A DNA stretch of 64,000 bases from Candidatus Bathyarchaeota archaeon. GTDB lineage: Archaea > Thermoproteota > Bathyarchaeia > Bathyarchaeales > DTEX01. The notes under the pieces were generated by a model. It had not been told where the DNA came from, did no database searches, and saw only the letters and a program-made list of their open reading frames with translations. Both the position numbers and the translations under genes were made by a program. Positions 9,701 to 19,600 of the stretch are shown here, piece after piece; position 1 is the first letter of the stretch, and the number at the start of each line of letters is the position of its first letter. Where the stretch lies: assembly GCA_025059045.1 (NCBI GenBank), contig JANXEA010000002.1:10798-74797 (forward strand). The letters are read 5' to 3'.

Positions 9701-11356
9701 GTGTCAATAGCGCTCACCATAAGTGCGCTAGTAGCCATGACATGGTTTATTCAAGACGTGCCAGTGATTCCGCAAAGGTTCGTTCCGCCTGAAACCGGCT
9801 ATCAAACGATCCCATACAATGGTATACTTATCCATTACAATGAATGGGGGGGAGAAAGAGAAGGTCACTGGATAGGTGAGCTAGTGGAAAATTATGTGGA
9901 GATCAAGTACTCAAGCTTAGCAATGATAGCGAAGAGGGCGTGGTATTGGCCATGGTACTATGATGACGAAGCCGGAATAGACATCACACATGAAAATAAC
10001 TCAATCAAAGTATATTGCCTCTACGGGTTATCTCCAGAGGATCATCATTTCACAAGTTTCCTACCAAACTTTAACGGAAGATGGTTCCTATCCACAGATA
10101 AATATGCGTGCATACTAATGAGTTCCCACGCCCAATCACTTAAGGCAACAATAAATTCTATAATAGAAATTCAGGGAATGCCCTACAAGGTTATAGGAAT
10201 AATAAGAGATGAAGAGATCTCCTCTGCAGGAGAACTTGACGGGTACAGTGTTCTGCCAGTAGATATTCGAGCATCAAAAACTGTGGACGCGTGGGTAACA
10301 TATTATGAGCCATCTGAGGTTATTTTCATCCCGTACTGGACCGTCATTAACATTTGGGGAGCGCGTACTGGATGTATAAGCCTAAAAATCTCGAACGCAA
10401 GTCTCGCGTGGACCGTCGTGCAAGAGCTCTATGAGAGATTCGGAAGCCTATCCTTCTGGGTTTGTATGGATGGAAAAGTCTACACGCCGACACGCATTTC
10501 GCAAACGCAAGTATTCGGGCTTGAATACATGTTTCCCGCCATCGGAATAAGCATGCTTTCAATATTGAATATGATGCTCGCATCAGTCATGGAACGGAAA
10601 AAAGAAATTTCCGTATATTCAGTGCTTGGTGCCTCGCCATTAAACACCGCGCTTATGTTCCTAACCGAGCATGCAGTCCATGCGGTGATAGGCGGCGTTT
10701 GTGGTTTCATCGGAGGAAACGTGCTCTTATTGCTAATTGCGAGACAGCTAGGAATAAACTACACGTACTCAATAATCCAATTCAATGTCTCTGTGCTAGG
10801 AGCGATGCTGATGGTGATACTTGTGAGCGTATACCCGGCGACGATCATTGCAAAACTCGTCACACCGAGTTTAGAGCGAGCTTGGAAAATGCCAACAAAA
10901 CCAGTCGGCGATAACTGGGATATCCCGATGCCATTCTTCACCTCAGGGGAGGAGGTTGGAGGGGTCCTGGAATTCATGAGAGAATTTTTCTCTGGACATT
11001 ATGATTCGAACGCGCCGGTTTTCTGGGTTGAAAGCATAAAATACGTTGAAGGAGAGGCGGATGGGGTCCCATATATGGGGTATAGCATGCAAGTACACCT
11101 CTTCCCATATGAGACAGGTATCATTCAAGAAGCGAATGTAATCGCAAAGACCGAGGATGCAAGATGGAGGATCTTCCTCCTGACCAAGAGGTTAACGGGC
11201 ATGCGTGATAGGTGGATTCAGCAGAATAGAGGGTTCGCCGACGCTGTTAGAAAACAGTTGTTACTTTGGAGATCACTTAAGCCGGAAGAGAAAATGGAAT
11301 ATATCAAAAAATCAGGGGGTGTGACGTTTAACAAAGGCCATTCTGTATCAGATTAA
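6740..11356 (+). CDS. Giant chimeric envelope protein, module A gene 3: N-terminal anchor, PA/M28-peptidase-like ectodomain, 3 TM, MacB/FtsX-type permease module, conserved C-terminal cytoplasmic domain
   Basis: 1538 aa.
- PA-like: GSIVILDYESGNRWLNAMKLGAKAVIF.
- M28-like: WNIIGFIRGENPNVIFGISSYYDSYSFAPDLAPGAQDACGIAALLALAKHF.
- FtsX N-terminal TM: IENMRKRKGRTALVLVSIALTISALVAM (~nt 9657).
- FtsX core: LNMMLASVMERKKEISVYSVLGASPLNTALMFLTEHAVHAVIGGVCGFIGG (~nt 10560-10730).
- C-terminal domain from VTPSLERAWKMPTKPVGDNW (nt 10859 to the end). Confidence 0.85.
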   Translation: MNISGGIMSSKRQVCKWIKILLMASIMLISFFNLTQIYRADQILTVTSTPSEMDYLKLASMVDMELVKHHLYMLSKGIYEISGVHSRATGTLGNELAARYIYEEFNRLMENVSIQSFRVPVPKSYGANITFPDGSVIKLYPVLPNLVCPSTTPPEGISGTLQYAREGYLKDFDGMRIEGSIVILDYESGNRWLNAMKLGAKAVIFLPPKDPLNSFSPYGHHHTHPKYLENFPVYFPRFYVKEEDLKSLFINLGKNVTIKSTVRWENAESWNIIGFIRGENPNVIFGISSYYDSYSFAPDLAPGAQDACGIAALLALAKHFNEHRPKATIIFIAFGGHYQTVAGALQWAESREYAEISQKIWMILNLDLSTGSDALHVTNVAHLWTHAQAGHTEAYIGIGRHLENMRKAISEAYVRAGLEPPTVWTTYIQMRTGGPGDPPTNYHEPHPNRAFLTELDAFDPWGSRAPDYCNPAFFNIITAKDIRPYIFTPFDTYDKLNFENLEKQLRYIYALILTLYSNEDVQWLIENPLRSCAPSGRVQRNGAFVGQTAFWDPKTTWYKPVPNLLVVARMYYSVNKASGWDGWGGTGPTYYRFFTYSDENGTFRFPYTVRVSTKAWVGTDDEVYFEAYAIDPETGQIVVGPDLGRRSMIPYPFANTVWEGKYGDCFLGYLTVQNVTSTIIVSDNYAIGEFVSRNLYDRFPHPSITVNTFLSHVQPEHYAVLYDPAVGLAAILLSTNEPIEVMIGRGRVPYGLIVNASRENMLGTGITFGYGQTILKYPYLIYCENLRWVIEERFRLVEQYKPVDPYIYGRFIRGVQSLEKVYIALNNLSYSEAYAYMIDAWSDLYWAYANQRGEIENIVSIAPYVAFFLVPFAYLTERLILKSSGSKRIASTILILVLIFCIIYTVNPTFKLSGNPVLMVIAFSTVILSIPILFIILSKVVAFLNEIRIKVFGRHEIQVGRVELAIAAIQLGIENMRKRKGRTALVLVSIALTISALVAMTWFIQDVPVIPQRFVPPETGYQTIPYNGILIHYNEWGGEREGHWIGELVENYVEIKYSSLAMIAKRAWYWPWYYDDEAGIDITHENNSIKVYCLYGLSPEDHHFTSFLPNFNGRWFLSTDKYACILMSSHAQSLKATINSIIEIQGMPYKVIGIIRDEEISSAGELDGYSVLPVDIRASKTVDAWVTYYEPSEVIFIPYWTVINIWGARTGCISLKISNASLAWTVVQELYERFGSLSFWVCMDGKVYTPTRISQTQVFGLEYMFPAIGISMLSILNMMLASVMERKKEISVYSVLGASPLNTALMFLTEHAVHAVIGGVCGFIGGNVLLLLIARQLGINYTYSIIQFNVSVLGAMLMVILVSVYPATIIAKLVTPSLERAWKMPTKPVGDNWDIPMPFFTSGEEVGGVLEFMREFFSGHYDSNAPVFWVESIKYVEGEADGVPYMGYSMQVHLFPYETGIIQEANVIAKTEDARWRIFLLTKRLTGMRDRWIQQNRGFADAVRKQLLLWRSLKPEEKMEYIKKSGGVTFNKGHSVSD

Positions 11357-11377
11357 GAGTCAAGCCTGGCGAGACAT

Positions 11378-13693
11378 TTATGTCTTCCCGAACCAGATCC
11401 TCCAGCTTTTTCTCTCCTCTCCTTTCTGAAACATAATTGTAGCCTTCAAGATCGGTCCCATAATATTAGTGCTCTCTACTCCGCTAAAGCGAACTGGACT
11501 GAACCCTTCGGGTACATAAATGAAGATATTGTGGCTTGTGTCCTCCGGACTAACTGAAATCCCGTCTAGGACCAGCCTGCCCCCCTCCCACCTTAAGTCT
11601 TCAAGTTCTATCCCTCCCTGCGTAATATGCCTATCCGTCGAGATTACTGTAGGAGACTCGCTGAAATCATGTATGGAAAGAATCTTGCAGTCATTAGGCT
11701 GAATCTCGAAAGCAATCTCGCCATGTTGCACTCCAATGAAGTTTCTGTTCCAAAAGTCGAAGACGAGAACTTTTCTGTCGGCTAAACCTATCTTTCCTAG
11801 GTCAAGACGAATGGTCTTTTTCTGAGTGCAGCTCCAGTTAAATAATCCAACGACATGCCATTCGCCAAATGGCTTCTTTACGATCAGATCATAGATTTGT
11901 GGTAAATCATTCTCAAAGAGGTCGACGGGTCTCGCTCGCCCCGGATAAACTGGAAGAATTTTCTTGTATAACTCCACTCTTTCATTGGTTGCGAACTTCT
12001 GCAAATATCCGCCTGCAAACATGTTTAGGCACATGATTCCAAGTAGCGAAATCCATGATCTCGTCCTCTCAAAGGAGTATGGCTTTGGGCGTGGATAGTT
12101 TGCGGGACAGAAAGGTGTCTCCGAAACATCGAAGAATTCCGGATGATTCCAGAAGCACCTTCCATGGAGATGATACATTGCCTTAAGACCTGAAAGGACA
12201 CGGTCGGAAAGATGAGGTCTCCAGTCACGTGAGGTTCTAAATGCATCTGCAAATCCTATGACTGGGCCAAATGGAACACCGCATGCCTCTATGAAGACAT
12301 TTTTTCCAACAGCTTCACGCACTTGGCGGTATCGATCCCTAAATATCTCCATGGCGGTTCGTTCCCATGATAGATTATGTGTAAAGTCGTAATGGAAATC
12401 CAGGATCACATAGTCAATGTCCCAGTCCGCAATCTTTCCATAAATCTCCTTAACTTTTTCTTTCTCGTTGTGTTCTCCTGCCTTAACGTAAAGGAATGCG
12501 CGTGTACTTAGGCAGAGTTTATATCCTCTTCGGTGAACTAGATCCGCGAACGCTTTGATTCCGCTTGGAAAGTATTTCTCAACTCTATACCCTCTGCTGT
12601 TCTCAACCCAAATTGGGAATGAATTCATCTCATACGGATTGAATAGGTTTGGTGAACCGTGAGAAGAAAAGTCCTGCCAGAAATATTTGAGGCCATACTT
12701 TCCCAGCCCTGTATGGTCTAGATAATCCATCCACTCGATGAAGAATGATTCTCGGCCCAGGAGCGTATAAGCATTGTTTTCTTTATCGAAGGAGTATGGC
12801 ATGAATACTCCGGCAACTGGCGTCGGATGAATATTTATATAATTATATTTCATCAACATTTCAGCGTATTGGTCCATGACGCTGAAGATGTCGTCGCCCC
12901 ACATGAGCAAAGTAGCCGACATTCTGAAGGATCTTTCAGGTCTTATCCTTAGCGGTCTCCTCTCTAATGCTGGTCCATTATATTCTTCCCATGACCCGGA
13001 TCCCCATAATGGATCCAAGTAGCAGCCGCCGCTTATAATTAGGTTTAATCCCTGAATTGGTTTTCCAGAAGCCTCTTTTATGAGAACAGCGACTTCGACA
13101 TTAGCAGTTTCTAGGACTCCTGCTACCAAACCGTTTCCCCCCTCCTTGCTTTTTGCCATATGTAGCGTCCACCAACATCTTGCCCAATTTTTCCCGACAA
13201 CTCTGAGTCTCACATTTGAGAACTCAGGCGGCTCGCCTCCGGTTTTCCAGTATGGCATCCCAAAAAAGATCCTTCCAACATACTCTCTGAGACTTCCTTC
13301 TTCTTCCTCAGTTAATGCGAGTGCGTAAACTTCTCTCACATATAGGTCGTTATCCTTATCATTGAAGATTTCAGGCTGGAAAACAATGCAGCGCCCAATA
13401 GAATATACAACCCATCTAAGTTTCGGGAGATTGGCGCTTTCAGCAGTAACCTCTAACCCCTGGGCCTCACCTACTCCTGTCTTCAACGTCTTCCATGCTA
13501 CGGATCGCTTATATGAACTGTCTGTAATCTTTATTAGGTTTCCATCTCCATCGATGAACCCCATAAAACCATTCTTGAAGAGTGTCTTGTTTCGAATGGT
13601 GCAGGTCAGTTTTCCAGTTTCAACATTGAATTCAAGTTTCACATCACTTCTAGTGGACATGGAGCTCACCACTATCAATAGTTCATTCGACAA
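11378..13693 (-). CDS. Putative cytoplasmic glycoside hydrolase (clan GH-D / GH36-like alpha-galactosidase fold)
   Basis: 771 aa with no signal peptide. Blocks DWDIDYVILDFHYD and FIEACGVPFGPVIGFADAFRTSRDW resemble the K-x-D nucleophile and R-x-S-x-D acid/base regions of GH36/GH27 enzymes. Matched by eye only. Confidence 0.45.
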   Translation of the reverse strand: MSNELLIVVSSMSTRSDVKLEFNVETGKLTCTIRNKTLFKNGFMGFIDGDGNLIKITDSSYKRSVAWKTLKTGVGEAQGLEVTAESANLPKLRWVVYSIGRCIVFQPEIFNDKDNDLYVREVYALALTEEEEGSLREYVGRIFFGMPYWKTGGEPPEFSNVRLRVVGKNWARCWWTLHMAKSKEGGNGLVAGVLETANVEVAVLIKEASGKPIQGLNLIISGGCYLDPLWGSGSWEEYNGPALERRPLRIRPERSFRMSATLLMWGDDIFSVMDQYAEMLMKYNYINIHPTPVAGVFMPYSFDKENNAYTLLGRESFFIEWMDYLDHTGLGKYGLKYFWQDFSSHGSPNLFNPYEMNSFPIWVENSRGYRVEKYFPSGIKAFADLVHRRGYKLCLSTRAFLYVKAGEHNEKEKVKEIYGKIADWDIDYVILDFHYDFTHNLSWERTAMEIFRDRYRQVREAVGKNVFIEACGVPFGPVIGFADAFRTSRDWRPHLSDRVLSGLKAMYHLHGRCFWNHPEFFDVSETPFCPANYPRPKPYSFERTRSWISLLGIMCLNMFAGGYLQKFATNERVELYKKILPVYPGRARPVDLFENDLPQIYDLIVKKPFGEWHVVGLFNWSCTQKKTIRLDLGKIGLADRKVLVFDFWNRNFIGVQHGEIAFEIQPNDCKILSIHDFSESPTVISTDRHITQGGIELEDLRWEGGRLVLDGISVSPEDTSHNIFIYVPEGFSPVRFSGVESTNIMGPILKATIMFQKGEERKSWRIWFGKT

Positions 13694-13798
13694 ATCTGCC
13701 TTAACGCTTCGCAGCCTAAATATAAATTTAATGTTTCAAAAAATATTCTCAATTCAATTCGCAAATTTCCATAATTTTATAGTCAGTCAAAGCGTTTT

Positions 13799-15316
13799 CT
13801 AAGCCAAATCTAATATGAGCCCGCTTATCGAGTGTCTAGGGGCAGTGTATGTGAGTGTGTCTCCACTGATTTCCTCATATGAGCTTCTCGGTTTAACCTT
13901 GTATGGAAACTCGAACCCATTATAATCTCTGACATCTGCTGAGCCTAAAATGTATATTTTCGCTGCTTTTATTGTTTTACCTTCAATTACTTTAATTCTT
14001 ACCTCAAAATCTTCGTCCAAACTCTGATTTACAAGTGTTACCACTATCTTTTTTTTCTCTCTATCTAAAGAGGCTGATGCGTCCACCGCTCTTAACGGCT
14101 TAAGGGCTCCGGATGGTGATTTTTCCACCATCTTTTGCGTAGGGTGGCAAATAATGGGTGAATCTACATTGGCATTTAAGGCATAGTTGCCCATGTGCTC
14201 CTTATATATATCAAATAGATGGTATGTTGGGGTCAAAGTGATTTTATGCCCCTCGGTATGAATTAGGCTTTGGAGAACATTCACCGTCTGAGCTAGGTTC
14301 GCCATATCAATAATACTTGAATACCTGTTAAAAAGATTGAGAACTAATCCCGCAAGAATAGCGTCCCTAAGGGTGTTTTGTTGAAAAAGTCCAACCTTAT
14401 GTGTCGCCTGAGGATACCAGGTTCCCCATTCATCTACCACGATACCAATTCTCTTTTCTCCGACAAGATTGATTGCCCTCGATGTCTGTTGAATAAAGAA
14501 TTCCATATTCTGAACATCGAATAGTAGATTGTAGTACTCCTCATCTGTGAATTCTACATCCCCTCCGAAAGGGTTTCGGCGGCCACTAAAATAATAGTGG
14601 ATGGCGACGCCGTCTACAAGGTTCAATCGATCTCTCAAGCATTCCAAAAAAGTAGTCATCCACTGAATGTTTAGGCGGCCGCATGCAATAAGATTGATGG
14701 ATGGATCCGCCACCTTTAGAAAATTGGCGAATCTCTTATACTCCCAAGCATAGTATGTGGGGTCGAATGATCCGCCACATGCCCAACTCTCATTTCCTAC
14801 TGCCCAATATTTCACATTATAAGGTTCTGGATGACCATTTCTAGCCCTTAACTCAGTATAGAATGTTCGACCTGTAAAGTTGCAGTATTCAACCCAGTTA
14901 AACGCTTCCTGTGGGCTTCCAGTCCCGACATTTAGGCAAATATAGGGTTCAGCGCCCACAGACCTGCAGAACATTATGAACTCATCTGTTCCAAACTCAT
15001 TAGACTCCTCGCCTCCCCACCATAAATTGCGTCTTCTAGGTCTATTCTCACGTGGACCAATCCCATCCTCCCAATGATACATGTCTGCGAAGCATCCGCC
15101 AGGCCACCTGAAGACAGGTGCACGTATAGCCCTTAAGGCGTCAATAACATCTTTCCTTATACCATTAATGTTCGGTATGCTGGAATCCTCGCCAACCCAT
15201 ATGCCCGGGTATATGCATCTCCCGAGATGCTCGATGAAGTGACCATAAAGGTTCGGGTTTATGAGGCCCACGTAATCATCCAATCTAATAGAGACATCAA
15301 CAATTTTTTGATTCAT
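13799..15316 (-). CDS. abfA: GH51 alpha-L-arabinofuranosidase
   Basis: 505 aa. N-terminal NPNLYGHFIEHLGRCIYPGIWVG, acid/base motif WAVGNESWACGG and nucleophile motif IVVDEWGTWY are the canonical GH51 signatures. No signal peptide. Confidence 0.85.
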   Translation of the reverse strand: MNQKIVDVSIRLDDYVGLINPNLYGHFIEHLGRCIYPGIWVGEDSSIPNINGIRKDVIDALRAIRAPVFRWPGGCFADMYHWEDGIGPRENRPRRRNLWWGGEESNEFGTDEFIMFCRSVGAEPYICLNVGTGSPQEAFNWVEYCNFTGRTFYTELRARNGHPEPYNVKYWAVGNESWACGGSFDPTYYAWEYKRFANFLKVADPSINLIACGRLNIQWMTTFLECLRDRLNLVDGVAIHYYFSGRRNPFGGDVEFTDEEYYNLLFDVQNMEFFIQQTSRAINLVGEKRIGIVVDEWGTWYPQATHKVGLFQQNTLRDAILAGLVLNLFNRYSSIIDMANLAQTVNVLQSLIHTEGHKITLTPTYHLFDIYKEHMGNYALNANVDSPIICHPTQKMVEKSPSGALKPLRAVDASASLDREKKKIVVTLVNQSLDEDFEVRIKVIEGKTIKAAKIYILGSADVRDYNGFEFPYKVKPRSSYEEISGDTLTYTAPRHSISGLILDLA

Positions 15317-15436
15317 ATTACCATCTCCAACTAGCCTATACAGTTTTGCTGAAGCAGAGCAGGATAAAAAAATATTTTTAAGAAGAGGACATTAGCGCAC
15401 ATAGGGATTCATCAGATTTGCTGATATTACTTTTTC

Positions 15437-16534
15437 TCAATCCCCTACGTCCGGCTCCCTTTCTGTGGCCTGCACTTCCATAAGCCACTCTTCGTTAAAC
15501 CAGCAGTGTTTGATGCTTCTTCGCAAGTATGTATACACTATATGGATAATGCCATCGTCTGTTTGTAGAAGTTGAGGATAAGAGAATTGTCCAAAAGCAT
15601 CTTCCAAAACTCTCTCATATGGCCATGTTTGCCCCTCATCAATGGAGAAAGCAACGTTAAGGGGAGTGCGCCCTATATGAGTGTCATTGAATGCTAGAAC
15701 AAAATGACCATTTTTAAGCCTTATCAGGGAAATGCCGCTGTTAGGATTTGGGAATTGGGTCTCAACTGCTTCACTCCATGTCCTTCCACGGTCATTCGAT
15801 ATGGATTTCCAGATAAATCCCCCAATATTGAGGAGTTCCTTCTTCTCAGCGATCTTTCCTGTTGAGTCTTGGACTGTTCTCCGAACTGTTGCCTTCAAAA
15901 AGCCGTGCAATGGATGGCTTCGAGTCCTCATATACATTAATAGAGAACCATCAGAGAGTTGAACAATGTTTCCCTGAACGCATCCAGTAACACTTGTTAC
16001 TGGGCCGTAGGTGTCCCAGACTTCTCCCATGTCCTCAGATATCATAACATAACAACAATTAGGCTTCGCTTTACTATCATATATTGGGAGGACTATGTCG
16101 CCGTTATCGAGGACTATAGGGTTATTTCTCACCCATAAGCCTCTCCTAGGACGGAAGATTTTATCTTCACTCCAAGTATTCCCGCCGTCAAAACTTTTTT
16201 TGTACATTATTATGCTTGAGGGTCCGCCTTGATCGTGGCTGACATACCAAAGCCACACAACACCATTTGGATCTACGAATAGCACTGGGTTTTGATCTGA
16301 TTTTCCAGGGACGTCTGCCAAAACCTCAGGATCACTCCAAGAATCACCGGAAAACCTTGAGCAGTAAATAGCAACATCACTAGCTCCCTCCCTCGATCCG
16401 GCGAACCACGCTGCAAGCAAATCTCCGCCTGGCAGTTGAGCGATTGTAGGAGCGTGGCAATCAGGGAACCTTCCCTCCTCAAATATGAGCTCTGAACCAA
16501 ATATTTGGGCCATACTCCCACCTAAAGAAGACAA
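15437..16534 (-). CDS. BNR/Asp-box repeat sialidase-like (GH33-like) beta-propeller protein
   Basis: 365 aa with Asp-box repeats SFDGGNTWS, SNDRGRTWS and SIDEGQTWP. No signal peptide. Confidence 0.65.
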   Translation of the reverse strand: MSSLGGSMAQIFGSELIFEEGRFPDCHAPTIAQLPGGDLLAAWFAGSREGASDVAIYCSRFSGDSWSDPEVLADVPGKSDQNPVLFVDPNGVVWLWYVSHDQGGPSSIIMYKKSFDGGNTWSEDKIFRPRRGLWVRNNPIVLDNGDIVLPIYDSKAKPNCCYVMISEDMGEVWDTYGPVTSVTGCVQGNIVQLSDGSLLMYMRTRSHPLHGFLKATVRRTVQDSTGKIAEKKELLNIGGFIWKSISNDRGRTWSEAVETQFPNPNSGISLIRLKNGHFVLAFNDTHIGRTPLNVAFSIDEGQTWPYERVLEDAFGQFSYPQLLQTDDGIIHIVYTYLRRSIKHCWFNEEWLMEVQATEREPDVGD

Positions 16535-16662
16535 AGATTGTTAATGCTATTTATTTTTAATTGCCAATTGCAAAAACAACGTATAGCAATTAAACGTGAT
16601 GAGTAGTAAACAATTTATTATGGATGTTAAGGAGGTAAAGATAGTGTTGGCGGGGATCTTAT

Positions 16663-19600
16663 ATGCATGGGTCCCGGAAGCTCTATGGATGGAAAGAGGC
16701 CGCTACATACATCCTTGCAGTCATACTTTTGGTGAACGCTCAAATTATTTCATCCGCATGTGAGCAGACCCCACGATCGATAGGCCGCATCTACATAAAA
16801 GTTACAGACGCAAACACAGGGGAACCTATCTCAAACGCAACTTTAATAATACTTGACATTACCACAGGGCTTGAGGAGTCAAAGATAAGGTCAACAGGTC
16901 AAAGCGGAGAGTACGTTTATGAGGAAGCGGTCCCTGAAGGGAAATATTGGATATACGCCTATAAGGGGAACTTGACTAGCGGTTATATGGAATATGCGCC
17001 TGCCGGACCATTTTTAATACATTTCTCAATCTTTGACACCGTGAAGAATCTGACGGTCCGGCTTGTTCCATGCGGAACCATCAGGCTTAAAGGTCCAATA
17101 TGGATGGCTGGCATATCTGAGCTACTAGAGAATTTTGCGGTGACGATTATTGACCCAGCCTGTGGAAAGCCTCCTATGTTAAATGGAGACTATATCAGCC
17201 AGTACAATTCTACAACAAGATTTTATCTTGCGGAGAAAGACTTGCTAAATAAGAGTCTCGTCTTCGTTCCTGCAGACGTTAACCTAGATCTGTTGGTGGA
17301 GGCCACATTCTATAGAAGAGAGGTGGGATTTAGATCCTTCTCGTTCAGGATTGAGAATGTCTCAGTCCGCAAGTCAGAGGAAGCCGCCTATGAACTCTCA
17401 TATTACAGTTTACGTGAGAGCATTAAAGATGTGAATAGTGTTGTCCAATCGGTCATGGAGGAGTTATCTTTTCTCCAGAGTATCGGTTTCTACTTTGTGC
17501 AAGAACGGTCAAATCTAGTGGAGCAGATCAGCACGATAAATGATGCGAGGAGAGAATTGGATAGGCGGGACTATTATGAATGTTGGAAGGCCCTTAGCAA
17601 AGCTTACAGTGAAAGTCTAAGTGTTAGAGAAACCCTGCGTTATTATGTTGGGGTGAGTACTCAGAGTGCGGTTTACCTTCCTACATTCCTAGCCGTTTAT
17701 AGCGTAATACTTGCTTTCTTCCTCTTTGAGGATGACCGGAAAAAAGTTGCTGCCAGCCTCATATTTTATATAGTATTTCTCGTGGCCCTATTCCAAATTT
17801 ATCCTGGTACAAGAACCATAATTAACCCAGAGACTGGAAACATTCGTTTATTTTTGTCAGCCTCTATTCTATCCATAGTCTGTGTAATGGTGCTAGTATT
17901 TTTCCTGCAGCGCCGACCGAGGCTTGGAATTGAAGGTTTAACGACGTTCAGGGATGTACTGGCCACGTTCTTCTCAATGGGGAAACGCCAGATAAGAGTA
18001 AGAAGATCTAGAGGGATCCTCACATTATCATCTGTGATCCTTCTGATCCTAGCATTCACCTCACTAACTTCTATGGGATATATTTATGGGCTAACATACG
18101 AGAAGATACCATACACATCGAACGTTGAGGGGATATTGATAAGGTCGACAGGAAATGAAACATTCATTTATGGACAGAATGTTTATAGGCTTTTTATTCC
18201 ATTCGGATCCAGCCTTGTGTACGCTCTTTCTCAAGATCCCGCAGTCGAGCATGTCGCTCCAAAGATAGAATCATATCCCAGCACAGAACCTATTGGAAGG
18301 CTCTTCTCAAATAGATCATCATTATCGATTTACGGTTTGATCGGCATAGTGCCAAGTGATGAGGCGCAATTTACAAGACTGAACAATGCGATCGTGAATG
18401 GCGAATACCTAAAAGACGGAGACCTTGAAGGATTACTCATAAGCAGCGAAGCGGCTTCAGAATTAGGAGTAAACAGTGGTGATAAGGTTATATTCTCGAT
18501 TGGAGGAATTGTCTCAAACTTTACAGTCCGAGGGATTTTCGGCAGCACATCCTACCAGCAGTTAAGGGATATAGATGGGCAGCCGTTTGGACCTAAGAAG
18601 GCTGCATTTTCCAACGGCACCATCTCATACTCATTATGTGAGCCGAAAGAAGTCATAATATTAAACTTTGAAGCGGCGCTGGAACTTCAGGCAAAGATAA
18701 ACGTTCAGAATAAAAGGGCTCCTGAAGAACCAGGCCCCCTCAATCAGCTCTCCAGAATATCAATAAAGCCTAAGCCAGCTGCGGACATAAAAGGTATGGT
18801 CGAGACCATTGTGAAAAGCTTCGGCAAAGACGCTTATGTCTCTAAAGATGGTGCAGTATACCATTATTACATTGGGTTTGCTTATGAGGCAAAGGGAGCT
18901 CTTGAAATCCTTGTTCCACTGGTGATGGCCCTCATAAACGTCGGCGCCGTCATGCTCAACGCAGTTTACGAGAGAAGCAAGGAGATGAAGATTCTGACGA
19001 CAATGGGATCAAATCCCATGCAGCTCGCTTCATTATTCATTGCGGAGGCAATGACGCTTGGAATGGTTGGTGGTGGGCTCGGATACATTTTCGGCCTAGG
19101 ATTCTACCGTATAATGCTCTTGACTGGAACTGGAATCGAAGTTAGAGAAAAAGTGGAATGGTATTGGAGCGCCATATGTCTATGTCTGGCAGTCTTGGCT
19201 TGTGTTCTCTCTACACTAAGACCAGCTCTACTCGCGATAAAGATGTACACACCATCAATGGTTCGGAAGGCGAAGATCTCTGAAGAGGAGAAGGAGACGA
19301 GAATGGAGGAGATTTTCAAAGTATATCAGGAGAGAAGCATGTCCATGCCAGTAAAAGTGAAGGAAGCGGAGATACTCATATTCACGACTTTCATAAAGTC
19401 AAGAATGGAGGAGATGAGATCAGGAATCTACGAGAGGATTGAAGACGTGGTGGATGAACCTGAAGTACAAACGCCCACTGGTAGGGTCGTACGCAAAGTA
19501 AAGTTCAGATACAATTGCCCACAGGAAAACCTAAAGATAAATAATGAATTAGTATGCAGCAAAGACAAAGGAGAAGACAAGTATAGGGTCCATCTAGTAC

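Noticed and set aside
16600-16662. A C-box-like GTGATGA (about 16607) and similar UGAUGA-like strings in other intergenic regions (15400, 57080) as C/D-box sRNA candidates.
   Set aside because: No correctly spaced D box (CUGA) or terminal stem could be found for any of them.
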